Source: Hyphomonadaceae bacterium
GTDB taxonomy: Bacteria > Pseudomonadota > Alphaproteobacteria > Caulobacterales > Aquidulcibacteraceae
NCBI GenBank assembly: GCA_021299265.1
Contig: JAJTGP010000059.1
Location: 28,450 to 92,449, forward strand
Direction of reading: 5' to 3'
DNA length: 64,000 nt
The notes beneath the pieces are model-generated. The model did no database searches. It was not told the DNA's origin and saw nothing but the letters and a program-made list of their open reading frames with translations. Positions 36,117-45,773 of this stretch are shown here, piece after piece (position 1 is the stretch's first letter; every line of letters begins with the position of its first letter). Position numbers and translations under genes: made by a program.

Positions 36117-37988
36117 TCAAGATGCCGCTTCAATCGCTTCGCTCAGCTCAATCCATGCGGCTTCGGCTTTTGCAAGGGCCTGCGCATGCCACGCGCGCTT
36201 CTTGGTGAGGTCTTCGAGGGCTTTGGCCCCCTCTGTATAGAGGCTGGGAGAGGCTAGACGCGCATCGATGGTGTCGAGGGCGTGCTGTTCTTTGGTGACC
36301 GCTTTTTCGGCGTCAGCAAGGCGGAAGCGCAGGGTTGATAGCGAAGGCCCTTTTTTGCCGCCATTGCCGTCATTTTTTGTCGCAGCCTTTGGGGCGTTTT
36401 TGCCGGCCCCACCGCCATCAGGACGATCGGCGCTGAGCACCAAGCCCCGATAGTCGGTCAGGTCACCGTCATAGGCGCGCGCATAGCCGTTATGGACGAG
36501 CCACAGGCGGTCCGCACAGGCTTCTGCCAAATAAACGTCGTGGGTGATGAGCAATACAGCCCCTGAATAGTCATTGAGCGCGTGAATCAAGGCCTCGCGG
36601 CTATCGATGTCCAAGTGGCTCGTCGGCTCGTCCAAGATCAAGACATGCGGCTTGGCATAGGCCATCAGGCCCAGAAGCAAACGCACCTTCTCGCCGCCTG
36701 AAAGCTTTTCGACATGGGTGTCGATTTTTTCCTGACCAAATCCCATGCGTGCCGCCAAGGAGCGGTGGCGAGAGGGCGGCCATTCGGGCTCTAGATCGCG
36801 GACGTGCTGCAGTACGGTTTCGCCCGCGCGCAATTCATCCAATTGGTCTTGGCTGAAATAGCCAATCTTGACTGCCTTGGACGCCCGCCGCTTGCCATTC
36901 AACAACTCAAGCCGGGCACCAATGGACTTTACCAATGTTGTCTTGCCTTGGCCGTTTGGGCCGATGATGACGATCCGGTCGTCATGATCGAGCCGGAAGT
37001 CCACCTTTCGTAGCACGGGCTTGCCATCAATATAGCCAAGGTCGGCTTCATCCAGCTGGATCAAAGGTGAAGCCAATTCACTGGGCTCATCAAAGTGGAA
37101 GGGCATGGCTCGGTCCGCGATGGGGACGGAGATTTCCTGCATTTTTTCCAACATCTTGATCCGGCTTTGCGCCTGACGGGCTTTTGAGGCCTTGGCGCGG
37201 AATCGATCAACGAAAGCCTGCAAATGGGCTTTAGCAGCATCTTGCTTGGCTTTTTGGCCTGCCAGTAAGGCTGCGCGCTCTGCGCGGCGGCGTAAATAGG
37301 TGTCGTAGCCGCCGGTGTGGACCTCTAACTTAGAATCTTCCAGCGCCATGATGTGGGTGACAGAGCGATTCAGCATTTCGCGGTCGTGGCTGACCACAAG
37401 AACCGTATTGGGATACTTGCGCAGGAAGGCCTCCAGCCAAGCCGCACCCTCAAGGTCCAGATAATTGGTTGGCTCGTCCAAGACCAAGAGGTCAGGCATG
37501 GAGAAGAGAACACCCGCCAATGCGGCGCGCATGCGCCAGCCACCGGAGAAGGAACCCGCTGGGTTCATCAGTTCTTCTTGCTTAAAACCAAGGCCGACGA
37601 GGATTTCACTGGCACGCGCTTCTGCCGAATAAGCATCAATATCGGCCAAGCGCGTATGGATCTCACCAATCCGGTTGGGGTCGGTTGCTGTTTCGGCCTC
37701 TGCCATCAGGCTGGCGCGTTCGGTGTCGGCAGCCAGCACGACGTCCAACATGGGATCAGGCGTAGCGGCAATCTCTTGGGCAACAAAGCCCATGCGGGCA
37801 CCGCGTTTGAGGCGCACACTGCCGTCGCCCTTCATCGCCTCGTCTTGAATGATGCGCAAAAGCGTCGATTTGCCAGAGCCATTCTTGCCAACAAGGCCTA
37901 CTTTCCAACCATCGGATATGACGGCATTGGCCCCATCAAACAGCACGCGCCGCGCGAGGCGATAGGTTAGGTCTGTGATTTGCAGCAT
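36117..37988 (-). CDS. ABC-F family ATPase (two ABC cassettes, no TM domain; Uup/YheS-like)
   Basis: Two Walker A sites (GKNGSGKST, GPNGQGKTT), two LSGG signatures and a C-terminal coiled-coil tail. Confidence 0.92.
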   Translation of the reverse strand: MLQITDLTYRLARRVLFDGANAVISDGWKVGLVGKNGSGKSTLLRIIQDEAMKGDGSVRLKRGARMGFVAQEIAATPDPMLDVVLAADTERASLMAEAETATDPNRIGEIHTRLADIDAYSAEARASEILVGLGFKQEELMNPAGSFSGGWRMRAALAGVLFSMPDLLVLDEPTNYLDLEGAAWLEAFLRKYPNTVLVVSHDREMLNRSVTHIMALEDSKLEVHTGGYDTYLRRRAERAALLAGQKAKQDAAKAHLQAFVDRFRAKASKARQAQSRIKMLEKMQEISVPIADRAMPFHFDEPSELASPLIQLDEADLGYIDGKPVLRKVDFRLDHDDRIVIIGPNGQGKTTLVKSIGARLELLNGKRRASKAVKIGYFSQDQLDELRAGETVLQHVRDLEPEWPPSRHRSLAARMGFGQEKIDTHVEKLSGGEKVRLLLGLMAYAKPHVLILDEPTSHLDIDSREALIHALNDYSGAVLLITHDVYLAEACADRLWLVHNGYARAYDGDLTDYRGLVLSADRPDGGGAGKNAPKAATKNDGNGGKKGPSLSTLRFRLADAEKAVTKEQHALDTIDARLASPSLYTEGAKALEDLTKKRAWHAQALAKAEAAWIELSEAIEAAS

Positions 37989-38093
37989 TGGGATAGGCTT
38001 CTGACGACAGGTCTTAGGAGGAGGCTAGCTTTATCGGTGCTCTGGCAGGCGTCGTCTGATAGCGCCATTGGCGGCAGGAGTCACGACTGTGGG

Positions 38094-38561
38094 TCAGGGC
38101 TCACGGTTTGCGTCGAGGATCGCGCGCAGTTTCATCAGGGTCGGGACTAGGGCCTCAAGCTCTTTCGGGTCAATCAGGCCTGACAATTGCTGCAGAGAGG
38201 GTGCTAGGCGGGCGATGGCGTCGTACCGCGCCGCCTTACCTGCTTCTGTTATCGAGATAAGTTTGCCCCGCCCGTCACTGGGGTCGGCAACAATGGTCAC
38301 CAAGCCCAAAGCCTCGAGGCGATGAATCGTATTGGTCATCGCCCCTTTAGTCACCTGAAAGGCCTTGGCCAAATGGCTTGGCGTGTCTTGGGCTTTATTT
38401 AAGCGGACAAAGTGATTGAGCAAGCTAAAGCCTGCAATCGAAAGCCCCTCTGGTAAGACACGCTCAAAGCGGTTGCGCCCCAATTGGTCAATGATCCCGA
38501 TTTCGTTGAAGAAGGAAAAAGCGATCGCTGTGAAGTCTGAATTGGGACTGTTTGAGGTCAT
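38094..38561 (-). CDS. MarR-family transcriptional regulator
   Basis: Winged-helix core SHLAKAFQVTKGAMTNTIHRLEALGLV...DGRGK. ATG at 38561 overlaps the upstream stop (ATGA). Confidence 0.85.
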   Translation of the reverse strand: MTSNSPNSDFTAIAFSFFNEIGIIDQLGRNRFERVLPEGLSIAGFSLLNHFVRLNKAQDTPSHLAKAFQVTKGAMTNTIHRLEALGLVTIVADPSDGRGKLISITEAGKAARYDAIARLAPSLQQLSGLIDPKELEALVPTLMKLRAILDANREP

Positions 38562-39700
38562 GTACGAAGATGCTCTGTAAGGCCCCGTCGCGGTGACGGA
38601 GGGACCTTGCCACCATAACCTATTCTGGCAAGCATCTGTAGGCACTTATCAGGTGCCATTCCGACGACCCTCTCGGCTTCGGCCTTAATGGTGGCCATTT
38701 CAGCGTATTCTTGTAAGGCTTGGCTCATGGGGTGCATGGCGATCCCGAGAGACGTGGCGCGTAAATTGAGGCGGGCATAAGCACGTCCCGCGGCCAGTTC
38801 TGCGTAGCGATCCTTGGAGTCACTGATGATCCAAACATAAGCTGCGGCGGATTTCGCCAAAGGATCATATTGCTCGAGACCTTGCTGATAGGCTGTGGTG
38901 CCGGGGGTCATCATTTTTTCGCGGGTGATCATGCCCATGGCTTGCATGGCTCCAATGCCCGGGAAGTCGAGATCAATCCCGTCGCGATGTTTCGCAATCT
39001 CGGCTTTACCGATTCGCATCAAGTCGATGCTCTCTTTCAGGGCCACCGGGGTTTCGAATTCGCGCCGATAGGCTTGGATGGAGAGTTGTCGCAGGCTTTC
39101 ACATTGAGGGTTGCCCGAGAGCGCACCCGAAAAGGTGAGCCCTTCCATGGTTTCGACCCGCAATAAATTTTCCAAGGTCTGCGCACTGACGGGCTTGCCT
39201 GCATTATAGGCTTCTTTGTTAGAACGACGCAGAGTGATGAAGGAGAAGAACGGGTCTTTTGCGCCGCCCTTCATAAAGCGAACTCGAGCAATGGGCGTGT
39301 CGTTTAAAACCGGTTGTGGCTCTCCCAAGGGGAACAGGCTTATTTGGGCGTCGTAGCCGACTTCCGCCGCAGCAATCGACAGAATCTCTAGAAAGGCACC
39401 GCAGCCAATTGCCAATTGACGATCATAAGGGTCCGTAGCTGGTAATCGCCGTGTAGTGTCAAAGTAGAGGATAATGGTGTCGTCGCCTTCGAGGCTAACC
39501 AACCAAGGCTGTCGGTTGTGTGGGTTAGGAGCCAAGATAGCATGGGCGAGGCTAAAAAGGCGCGGGTCCTTTTGGCCGGCACCGGGATTGCGCCACGCGG
39601 CGGCAGGATCATTGCTGGGCTTGAGGGTAGCACCAACCGCAGGCACGGCAGCTAAGGAACTCACAGCGAGAAGTTGGAGGATGGTTCGACGATCTGTCAT
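38558..39700 (-). CDS. Tat-signal nitroreductase-fold protein (Acg-family FMN-binding oxidoreductase-like)
   Basis: TDRRTILQLLAVSSLAA leader, PNPHNRQPW motif. Roughly 380 aa, the typical length of a double nitroreductase-like fold. Confidence 0.7.
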   Translation of the reverse strand: MTDRRTILQLLAVSSLAAVPAVGATLKPSNDPAAAWRNPGAGQKDPRLFSLAHAILAPNPHNRQPWLVSLEGDDTIILYFDTTRRLPATDPYDRQLAIGCGAFLEILSIAAAEVGYDAQISLFPLGEPQPVLNDTPIARVRFMKGGAKDPFFSFITLRRSNKEAYNAGKPVSAQTLENLLRVETMEGLTFSGALSGNPQCESLRQLSIQAYRREFETPVALKESIDLMRIGKAEIAKHRDGIDLDFPGIGAMQAMGMITREKMMTPGTTAYQQGLEQYDPLAKSAAAYVWIISDSKDRYAELAAGRAYARLNLRATSLGIAMHPMSQALQEYAEMATIKAEAERVVGMAPDKCLQMLARIGYGGKVPPSPRRGLTEHLRT

Positions 39701-39722
39701 GGCGACCTCTGTTTGGTTTAAC

Positions 39723-39755
39723 GTTCAACCAATATAGTTTAGTATTGAACTATAT
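39723..39755. promoter_or_regulatory. Nested inverted repeats; candidate MarR operator
   Basis: GTTCAA (39723-39728) pairs with TTGAAC (39745-39750). ATATAG (39732-39737) pairs with CTATAT (39750-39755). They lie 23-55 nt upstream of the operon start codon. Confidence 0.35.
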
Positions 39756-39960
39756 GTCAAGCGTGCATTGAATGCAGATGGGTTTGGGTCAAAACTGCCC
39801 TCAATCCTTGACTCTGAGGTGGCAATCCCGTTTAAGCGCGCCTTCTCGCTGGGTTGGCACTGCCTTCACTGGGAGAAAATATGGGTGATGGATTTCCGGC
39901 CATTGCAATCGCGACACATGGTGTGCCGCCCGGACCGTCAAAAACGTAAATGGACTAAAC

Positions 39961-40581
39961 ATGTCAAAGCGCATTGCTGCGAAGTATAAAATCGACCGTC
40001 GCCTCAGTGAAAACCTGTGGGGCCGTCCAAAAAGCCCCGTTAACAAGCGGACCTATAAGCCAGGTCAGCACGGCCCAACCGCCCGTCCAGCCAAGGTTTC
40101 GGCGTTCGGCGCTCAGCTTCGCGCGAAGCAGAAGCTGAAGGGTTATTATGGCAACATCACTGAAAAGCAGTTTGCTGGCCTCTATGAAGAAGCCGCACGC
40201 CGTAAGGGCAACACCGCTGAAAACCTAATCGGCCTGTTGGAGTGCCGTCTGGATGCATTGGTCTATCGCGCGAAGTTCGTGCCGACCGTGTTTGCGTCGC
40301 GCCAGTTCGTGAACCATGGCCACGTGATGGTGAACGGCAAGAAGGTCAATATTCCTTCGTACCGTTTGCGCGTCGGTGACGTTGTTCAAGTCCGCGAAAA
40401 GTCCCGCACCATGGCGCTCGTCTTGGAAGCTTTGGACTCGGCAGAGCGCGACTTCCCAGACTATATTGAAATGGATGTCGGCGCGATGAAGGCCACCTTC
40501 TTGCGCGTGCCAGAATTGGCGGACGTTCCTTATCCAGTTAAAATGGAACCAAACATGGTTGTGGAATATTACGCTTCGTAA
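39961..40581 (+). CDS. rpsD: 30S ribosomal protein S4
   Basis: [19 protein letters not shown] start, RLDALVYR and the S4 RNA-binding domain. Confidence 0.97.
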   Translation: MSKRIAAKYKIDRRLSENLWGRPKSPVNKRTYKPGQHGPTARPAKVSAFGAQLRAKQKLKGYYGNITEKQFAGLYEEAARRKGNTAENLIGLLECRLDALVYRAKFVPTVFASRQFVNHGHVMVNGKKVNIPSYRLRVGDVVQVREKSRTMALVLEALDSAERDFPDYIEMDVGAMKATFLRVPELADVPYPVKMEPNMVVEYYAS

Positions 40582-40604
40582 TTCTCGGCCAAAATCGGAC
40601 ACAG

Positions 40605-40642
40605 AAAAGCCCGCTCAGCCTTGGCCGAGCGGGCTTTTTTTG
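40605..40642. terminator. Bidirectional intrinsic terminator between convergent rpsD and grxD
   Basis: GCCCGCTC ... GAGCGGGC stem flanked by AGAAAA upstream and TTTTTTT downstream. Confidence 0.75.
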
Positions 40643-40660
40643 TGTTGAATCCGAAGTGGA

Positions 40661-40990
40661 TTAAGCTTGAATGGAAACGCCAGCTTCGCTCAAAACTTGC
40701 TTGAGTTCGCCGGTTTCAAACATTTCGCGAATGATATCGCAGCCGCCGATGAACTCACCCTTCACATAGAGCTGGGGGATGGTGGGCCAGTTGGAATAAT
40801 CCTTGATGCCTTGCCGGACATCTTCATCGGCAAGCACATTCACATCTTGATAGTCCACGCCGACATGATCAAGGATTTTGACGACGGTGCCGGAAAAACC
40901 GCACATTGGCATGCGGGACGTGCCCTTCATGAACAATACCACATCATTGGTTTTGACCAGATTATCGATAAAAGCTTGTGCGTCGCTCAT
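40661..40990 (-). CDS. grxD: Monothiol glutaredoxin (Grx4/GrxD family)
   Basis: [18 protein letters not shown] active-site CGFS and [22 protein letters not shown] at 40990 preferred over 41098. Confidence 0.92.
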   Translation of the reverse strand: MSDAQAFIDNLVKTNDVVLFMKGTSRMPMCGFSGTVVKILDHVGVDYQDVNVLADEDVRQGIKDYSNWPTIPQLYVKGEFIGGCDIIREMFETGELKQVLSEAGVSIQA

Positions 40991-41302
40991 GTGTCGTGCT
41001 CCTTGCTGGGGTCCAGAATGTGTCTGAAAAGGCTCTCGCCTTGGATGGAGCACATGAACCGCTGCGTCAATCATTGTTTGACCAGATGGGTCTGGCAAAA
41101 AACTTTGTCTTCCCTCAGCTAGGGATGCAGAGCCGCCGGGTCAAGTCCGAAAGGAAATTGCGCGTCGTTGGTGATAGCCATTGCGAGGGTGATGGAATGG
41201 CCCTTATAGCTGTGGGGTCTGGTCTGTTATTTGCTCAGGACGTGGTGCGCTATGGCCAGAGGTCGCATCCGTCTCAGGGGCCATTTCGGTGGCTGCAGTA
41301 TC

Positions 41303-43168
41303 ATGCGTCGACTTTGGTTCGGTTCGGTTTCTTTCTTCGTCCTCTCAGTGGCGGGCGCTGCCATTGCCCAGCCTAGCCCACGGCCTTTAGTGCTTGGACA
41401 GCCGCACCAAAGTTCCATGGGCCCAGAAGATCCAGTCTTGGAGGGCGATGATAGCAGCTATGAGCTCTTTCAAGTTCAAGCCCCCAAAGGGCAACTGGTC
41501 ACCGTGACACTTACGAGCACTGCGTTTGACCCTGTTTTGTCGGTTGGTGATCAAATCGATGAGGAATGTGGGGATTGCGCAGCATCGGTCGGAGAGAAAG
41601 ATAAGCCGGCGGTCGTGCGCAAGATGGTGCCAGCGTCCGGCGTATTAATGATCCGGGCCAATACGATGAACAAGGGCGATCGCGGGGCCTACACCTTGCT
41701 GGCGACGGCGATAGCGCCACCCCGGATTTCCGCAAGACCACTTCCTTTTGGCCAAAGCGTGTCCGAAGCACTAGATGTCAATGACGCCGTCACCAATGAA
41801 GGCGCGATGGTCGATGCCTATGCGGTGCGCTTAGCAGCCGAGCAGGAAATCCAATTGGACCTGTCATCGGATGACTTTGACCCGAAGGTAGAGCTCTTGA
41901 CGCCAGCCGGCGCAAAAGTAGCTGAAGATGACGATGGCGGGCCAGGAACCAGTGCGCGCATCCGCTATGTTGTGCCGCGCGCGGGTCTCTACCAAGTCCG
42001 CGTGATGGCTGTTGGAGATGACGACGGTGGCACTTACACCTTGGCGACGGGCCTGCGACAGGAACTTGCTCCTATGCCAGCACCCACGGCCCTCAACCTT
42101 GGTCAGGCAGTCAGCGGGGCGATTTCCGGGACCACACCGCGCTATGAGATGGATGGTGAAGAAATTTTTGCTGTCCGCTATGGCCTGCGCTTGGAAGGTG
42201 GCAAAGTCTATAAGGTCGCCGTCAACGCCCCCGGTGGGAGTGAGCTTGACCCTAAAGTCGCCATTGGAAAGATCGCGGCCGATGGCAGTCTCGACAGCTT
42301 GGAACAGGATGATGATGGTGGCGGTGGCAATAGTGCCTTGTTGCGCTACCGGCCTGAAACCTCTGGGACTTATGTTCTGGAGGTCCAAAGGGTAGGCCGA
42401 ACAAATGGCCCCTATCGCTTAATTGTCGAGCAAGCCGCGGCAGATCGCGCTCCCTTGGCGTCTCAATCCTTGCGTCTTGGCCAGACTATATCGGGTGAGC
42501 TGCGCGATGGCGGTGCCCGTCTGGCAACCACAGACGCACTCTTCAATACCTATTCCATCACCTTGCGAGCAGGCCAGCGCGTCAATGTGAAGATGGAAAA
42601 GGAGGGTGATACTAATCTGGATCCTTTGGTGGAGATCGGCCTTTTAACGTCTGCCGCTTTCCAGGCCATCGCTAAGGATGATGATGGCGGACAAGGCTTG
42701 GACGCGAGAATCAAGTTTACCGCGCCAAGCGACGGAACCTATATTGTTCGCGCGACGGCTGGCGAGCCGACTCAAGAAGGTCAATATTCGATTGGCGTGA
42801 GTGAGATGCCGGTCTCAGTTGTGCCGCCCTTTCCGGCTCGGGCCAAGTTTGGCGAGACCATTCGTGGCACACTTGGCCCCACAGACCCCTTACGCAACGA
42901 CAGCCAATATTTCGACCGCTATGTCTTTAATGGCCAAGTCGGTGAAACTTATGAGATTACTGCCAATGCCGAGAGTTTCGATATCTTGGTTGGCGCGCGC
43001 CAGATTGACCGCGTCGATGATGATTATGTCACAGACGATGATAGCGGTGGCGGCACAAACGCCAAATTGATCTATACAGTCACAACCGCCGGGCCGCAGA
43101 TCATTCGCGTCACCACCATCGAGGAATCCGCAGGCGGTGATTACAGCCTGTTGATTATCAAGAGATAG
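41303..43168 (+). CDS. Secreted protein made of five tandem pre-peptidase C-terminal (PPC)-like domains, with no catalytic domain
   Basis: Signal peptide MRRLWFGSVSFFVLSVAGAAIAQP. Five repeats of roughly 110 aa each share the pattern LGQ..xG.L....Y.....G......DP.V.......DDDGG.G..A.I.y....G.Y.v.V....G.Y.L. Confidence 0.75.
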   Translation: MRRLWFGSVSFFVLSVAGAAIAQPSPRPLVLGQPHQSSMGPEDPVLEGDDSSYELFQVQAPKGQLVTVTLTSTAFDPVLSVGDQIDEECGDCAASVGEKDKPAVVRKMVPASGVLMIRANTMNKGDRGAYTLLATAIAPPRISARPLPFGQSVSEALDVNDAVTNEGAMVDAYAVRLAAEQEIQLDLSSDDFDPKVELLTPAGAKVAEDDDGGPGTSARIRYVVPRAGLYQVRVMAVGDDDGGTYTLATGLRQELAPMPAPTALNLGQAVSGAISGTTPRYEMDGEEIFAVRYGLRLEGGKVYKVAVNAPGGSELDPKVAIGKIAADGSLDSLEQDDDGGGGNSALLRYRPETSGTYVLEVQRVGRTNGPYRLIVEQAAADRAPLASQSLRLGQTISGELRDGGARLATTDALFNTYSITLRAGQRVNVKMEKEGDTNLDPLVEIGLLTSAAFQAIAKDDDGGQGLDARIKFTAPSDGTYIVRATAGEPTQEGQYSIGVSEMPVSVVPPFPARAKFGETIRGTLGPTDPLRNDSQYFDRYVFNGQVGETYEITANAESFDILVGARQIDRVDDDYVTDDDSGGGTNAKLIYTVTTAGPQIIRVTTIEESAGGDYSLLIIKR

Positions 43169-43173
43169 CGGAC

Positions 43174-43437
43174 CTAGGACTTTGGGCCAGTTTCAAGGGC
43201 GAGCGCATGTAGCTCGCCCCCCATTTTACCTTTCAGCGAAGCATAGACTGCCTGATGCTGCTTGACCCGGTTCATGCCGGCGAACCCGTCGCTTTTCACG
43301 ATGGCCTTATAGTGGTCGCCATCGCCCGCAAGGTCGATAATCTCGATCTCCGCATCGGGAAAGGCATCCAAAATCATCGACTTAATGTCAGAAGCGGCCA
43401 TTGGCATGTCTGTCTCCGGGGTAAAGGGTTCGGCCAT
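43174..43437 (-). CDS. BolA-family protein
   Basis: 87 aa with DGDHYKAIVKSDGFAG...RVKQHQAVY...IHALAL pattern. The start overlaps the purL stop (TAATG). Confidence 0.85.
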   Translation of the reverse strand: MAEPFTPETDMPMAASDIKSMILDAFPDAEIEIIDLAGDGDHYKAIVKSDGFAGMNRVKQHQAVYASLKGKMGGELHALALETGPKS

Positions 43438-45650
43438 TAGGCCATAAAGGCGGGCATCCAGGCTTCGTGGGCCTGTTTCAGATCGGTGATGTCAATTGCC
43501 AAGACGTCTTGAATTGCCAATTCGCATCCCCCAGCAGAGCCGATGACTGCGCAGGGAATTGCTTTGTTTTCAAGGGCATCAAACACGCTGTCGGCATGGG
43601 TGGGGTCGACGATCAAAAGATACCGGGCTTGATCCTCGCTCAACAAGGCTGCTTCAAGGCTGAGGCCTTGCGGCAGTGTGATGGCAAGGCCAGTGCCCGA
43701 GGCCATGGCGATGTCAGCTGCTGCGATCAGGAGCCCGCCATCGGACAAATCATGACACGAGCGGATGTGGCCATCTTGGATCAAGCCGCGCACGACGTCA
43801 CCCGTTAGGCGCTCTTGGGCCAGATCGACCTGTGGTGGGGCGCCATCTTCACGGCCCCATAATTCGCGCAGCGCCAAAGTCGCGCCCAAATTGTCCGTCG
43901 TTTGGCCAACCAAAATGACCATGTCGCCCATGTCTACCGCACCAAAGCCAACGCGCGTGGTATAATCGGTCAAAAGCCCAACACCGCCAATAGCAGGGGT
44001 TGGCGGGATCGCTTGGCCAGAAGTTTCATTATAAAGGCTGACATTGCCCGAAACGACTGGGAAGTCGAGGACGGCACAGGCTTCGGCCATTCCATCGGTA
44101 GCGCGCACAAATTGGCCCATGATTTCAGGGCGTTGTGGGTTTCCGAAATTCAGATTGTCGGTGATGGCAATCGGACTTGCGCCCGTCGCCGTCAGGTTTC
44201 GCCAAGCTTCAGCAACGACTTGCTTGCCGCCTTCGAATGGGTCCGCCAATACATAGCGCGGGGTACAGTCGCAGCTAATGGCCAGCGCTTTTTTGGTATT
44301 GTGGATGCGCACGACGGCCGCATCAGAAGGCGTGGCGCTTTCTTCCAAGCTATCGGCCATCACGTGGCGATCATATTGTTCCCACAGCCAGCGCTTTGAT
44401 GCGCCATCTGGGCAGGACAAGAGCTTTAGCGTGGCGTCGCGCCAGTCGGTAATTGGTTTTACCATCGCGCTGGTCACGGCAGGGTGCAGCGTTGGCTGAA
44501 CCCAAGGCCGATCATAATTGGGCGCATCTTCACTCAATGGGGCTACGGGGATGTCGCAGACAACGGCGCCATTCCAGTGCAGGACCATGCGTCCCGTGTC
44601 GGTTGTTTTGCCAATGACGGCAAAATCAATGTCCCATTTCTTCATGATGGCCTCAGCCTCGGCCTCGCGGCCTGGCTTCAAAATGGCCAGCATGCGTTCT
44701 TGGCTTTCGGACAACATCATTTCATAGGGCGTCATGGCGGTTTCACGCACGGGGACTGAATTCATATCCAGTTCAATGCCCAAATATTCCTTGCCGGCCA
44801 TTTCCACCGAAGACGACGTCAGGCCCGCGGCCCCCATGTCTTGAATCGCTTCAATGCTGTCAGTGGCCATGAGTTCAAGGCAGGCCTCAATCAACAGCTT
44901 TTCGACAAACGGATCGCCGACCTGCACGGTGGGGCGCTTTTCTTCACTTGCCTCGTCAAATTCCGCACTGGCCATAGTGGCACCATGGATACCGTCGCGC
45001 CCAGTTTTGGAGCCGAAATAGACGATGGGGCTGCCAATCTTGGCCCCGCGCGCATAGAAAATCTTGTCGGCATCGGCGAGGCCTACGCACATGGCATTGA
45101 CCAGAATATTGCCATTATAGCCGGGGTGGAAATTTGTTTCGCCACAGACGGTGGGCACACCGACGCAGTTTCCATAGCCGCCGATCCCTGCCACCACGCC
45201 TGAAACCAAACGGCGCGTTAAAGGATGGTCTGGGCTGCCAAAGCGCAGCGCATTGGCCAAAGCAATGGGACGGGCACCCATGGTAAACACATCGCGCATG
45301 ATGCCGCCGACGCCCGTCGCCGCGCCTTGATATGGCTCGATAAAGCTTGGGTGGTTGTGGCTTTCCATCTTAAAGACGGCGGCTTGGCCATCATCAATAT
45401 CAATAACACCAGCATTTTCACCGGGGCCTTGGATGACGCGTGGGCCTTTGGTCGGGAATTTAGCCAGATGCCGCCGCGAGCTTTTGTAGCTGCAATGCTC
45501 TGACCACATGACCGAAAAAATGCCGAGCTCCGTCAGATTGGGTTCACGCCCTAAACGGTCCAGAATAATGGCATATTCTGATTCCGAGAGGCCGTGTTCG
45601 GCAACCAGGGCGGGGGTCATGGGCGGTTCGGCAGGCGATACAGTGGTCAT
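43437..45650 (-). CDS. purL: Phosphoribosylformylglycinamidine synthase subunit PurL
   Basis: [27 protein letters not shown] and [10 protein letters not shown] motifs. 737 aa. Confidence 0.97.
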   Translation of the reverse strand: MTTVSPAEPPMTPALVAEHGLSESEYAIILDRLGREPNLTELGIFSVMWSEHCSYKSSRRHLAKFPTKGPRVIQGPGENAGVIDIDDGQAAVFKMESHNHPSFIEPYQGAATGVGGIMRDVFTMGARPIALANALRFGSPDHPLTRRLVSGVVAGIGGYGNCVGVPTVCGETNFHPGYNGNILVNAMCVGLADADKIFYARGAKIGSPIVYFGSKTGRDGIHGATMASAEFDEASEEKRPTVQVGDPFVEKLLIEACLELMATDSIEAIQDMGAAGLTSSSVEMAGKEYLGIELDMNSVPVRETAMTPYEMMLSESQERMLAILKPGREAEAEAIMKKWDIDFAVIGKTTDTGRMVLHWNGAVVCDIPVAPLSEDAPNYDRPWVQPTLHPAVTSAMVKPITDWRDATLKLLSCPDGASKRWLWEQYDRHVMADSLEESATPSDAAVVRIHNTKKALAISCDCTPRYVLADPFEGGKQVVAEAWRNLTATGASPIAITDNLNFGNPQRPEIMGQFVRATDGMAEACAVLDFPVVSGNVSLYNETSGQAIPPTPAIGGVGLLTDYTTRVGFGAVDMGDMVILVGQTTDNLGATLALRELWGREDGAPPQVDLAQERLTGDVVRGLIQDGHIRSCHDLSDGGLLIAAADIAMASGTGLAITLPQGLSLEAALLSEDQARYLLIVDPTHADSVFDALENKAIPCAVIGSAGGCELAIQDVLAIDITDLKQAHEAWMPAFMA

Positions 45651-45773
45651 GCAAACTGTTTAGCGTGCGTTGGCTGTGGTTTGAAGGGCAAACGGGCTTT
45701 TCCCCTGCAGTGGAAGCAAGATGGTTGCGTCAGCTCACTTGGCGACGGGGGCAAAAAGGCTCTACATCCAACT

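Noticed and set aside
45594-45773. N-terminal extensions of several ORFs in the six-frame track: 45594, 41231, 21150, 41098, 38645, 15970, 9202, and the TTG/GTG starts at 110, 2138, 16020, 24741 and 61378
   Set aside because: The extensions overlap neighbouring genes or lack homology-like sequence. Internal ATGs give family-typical N-termini, signal peptides, Shine-Dalgarno sites or ATGA coupling. The shorter models were used.
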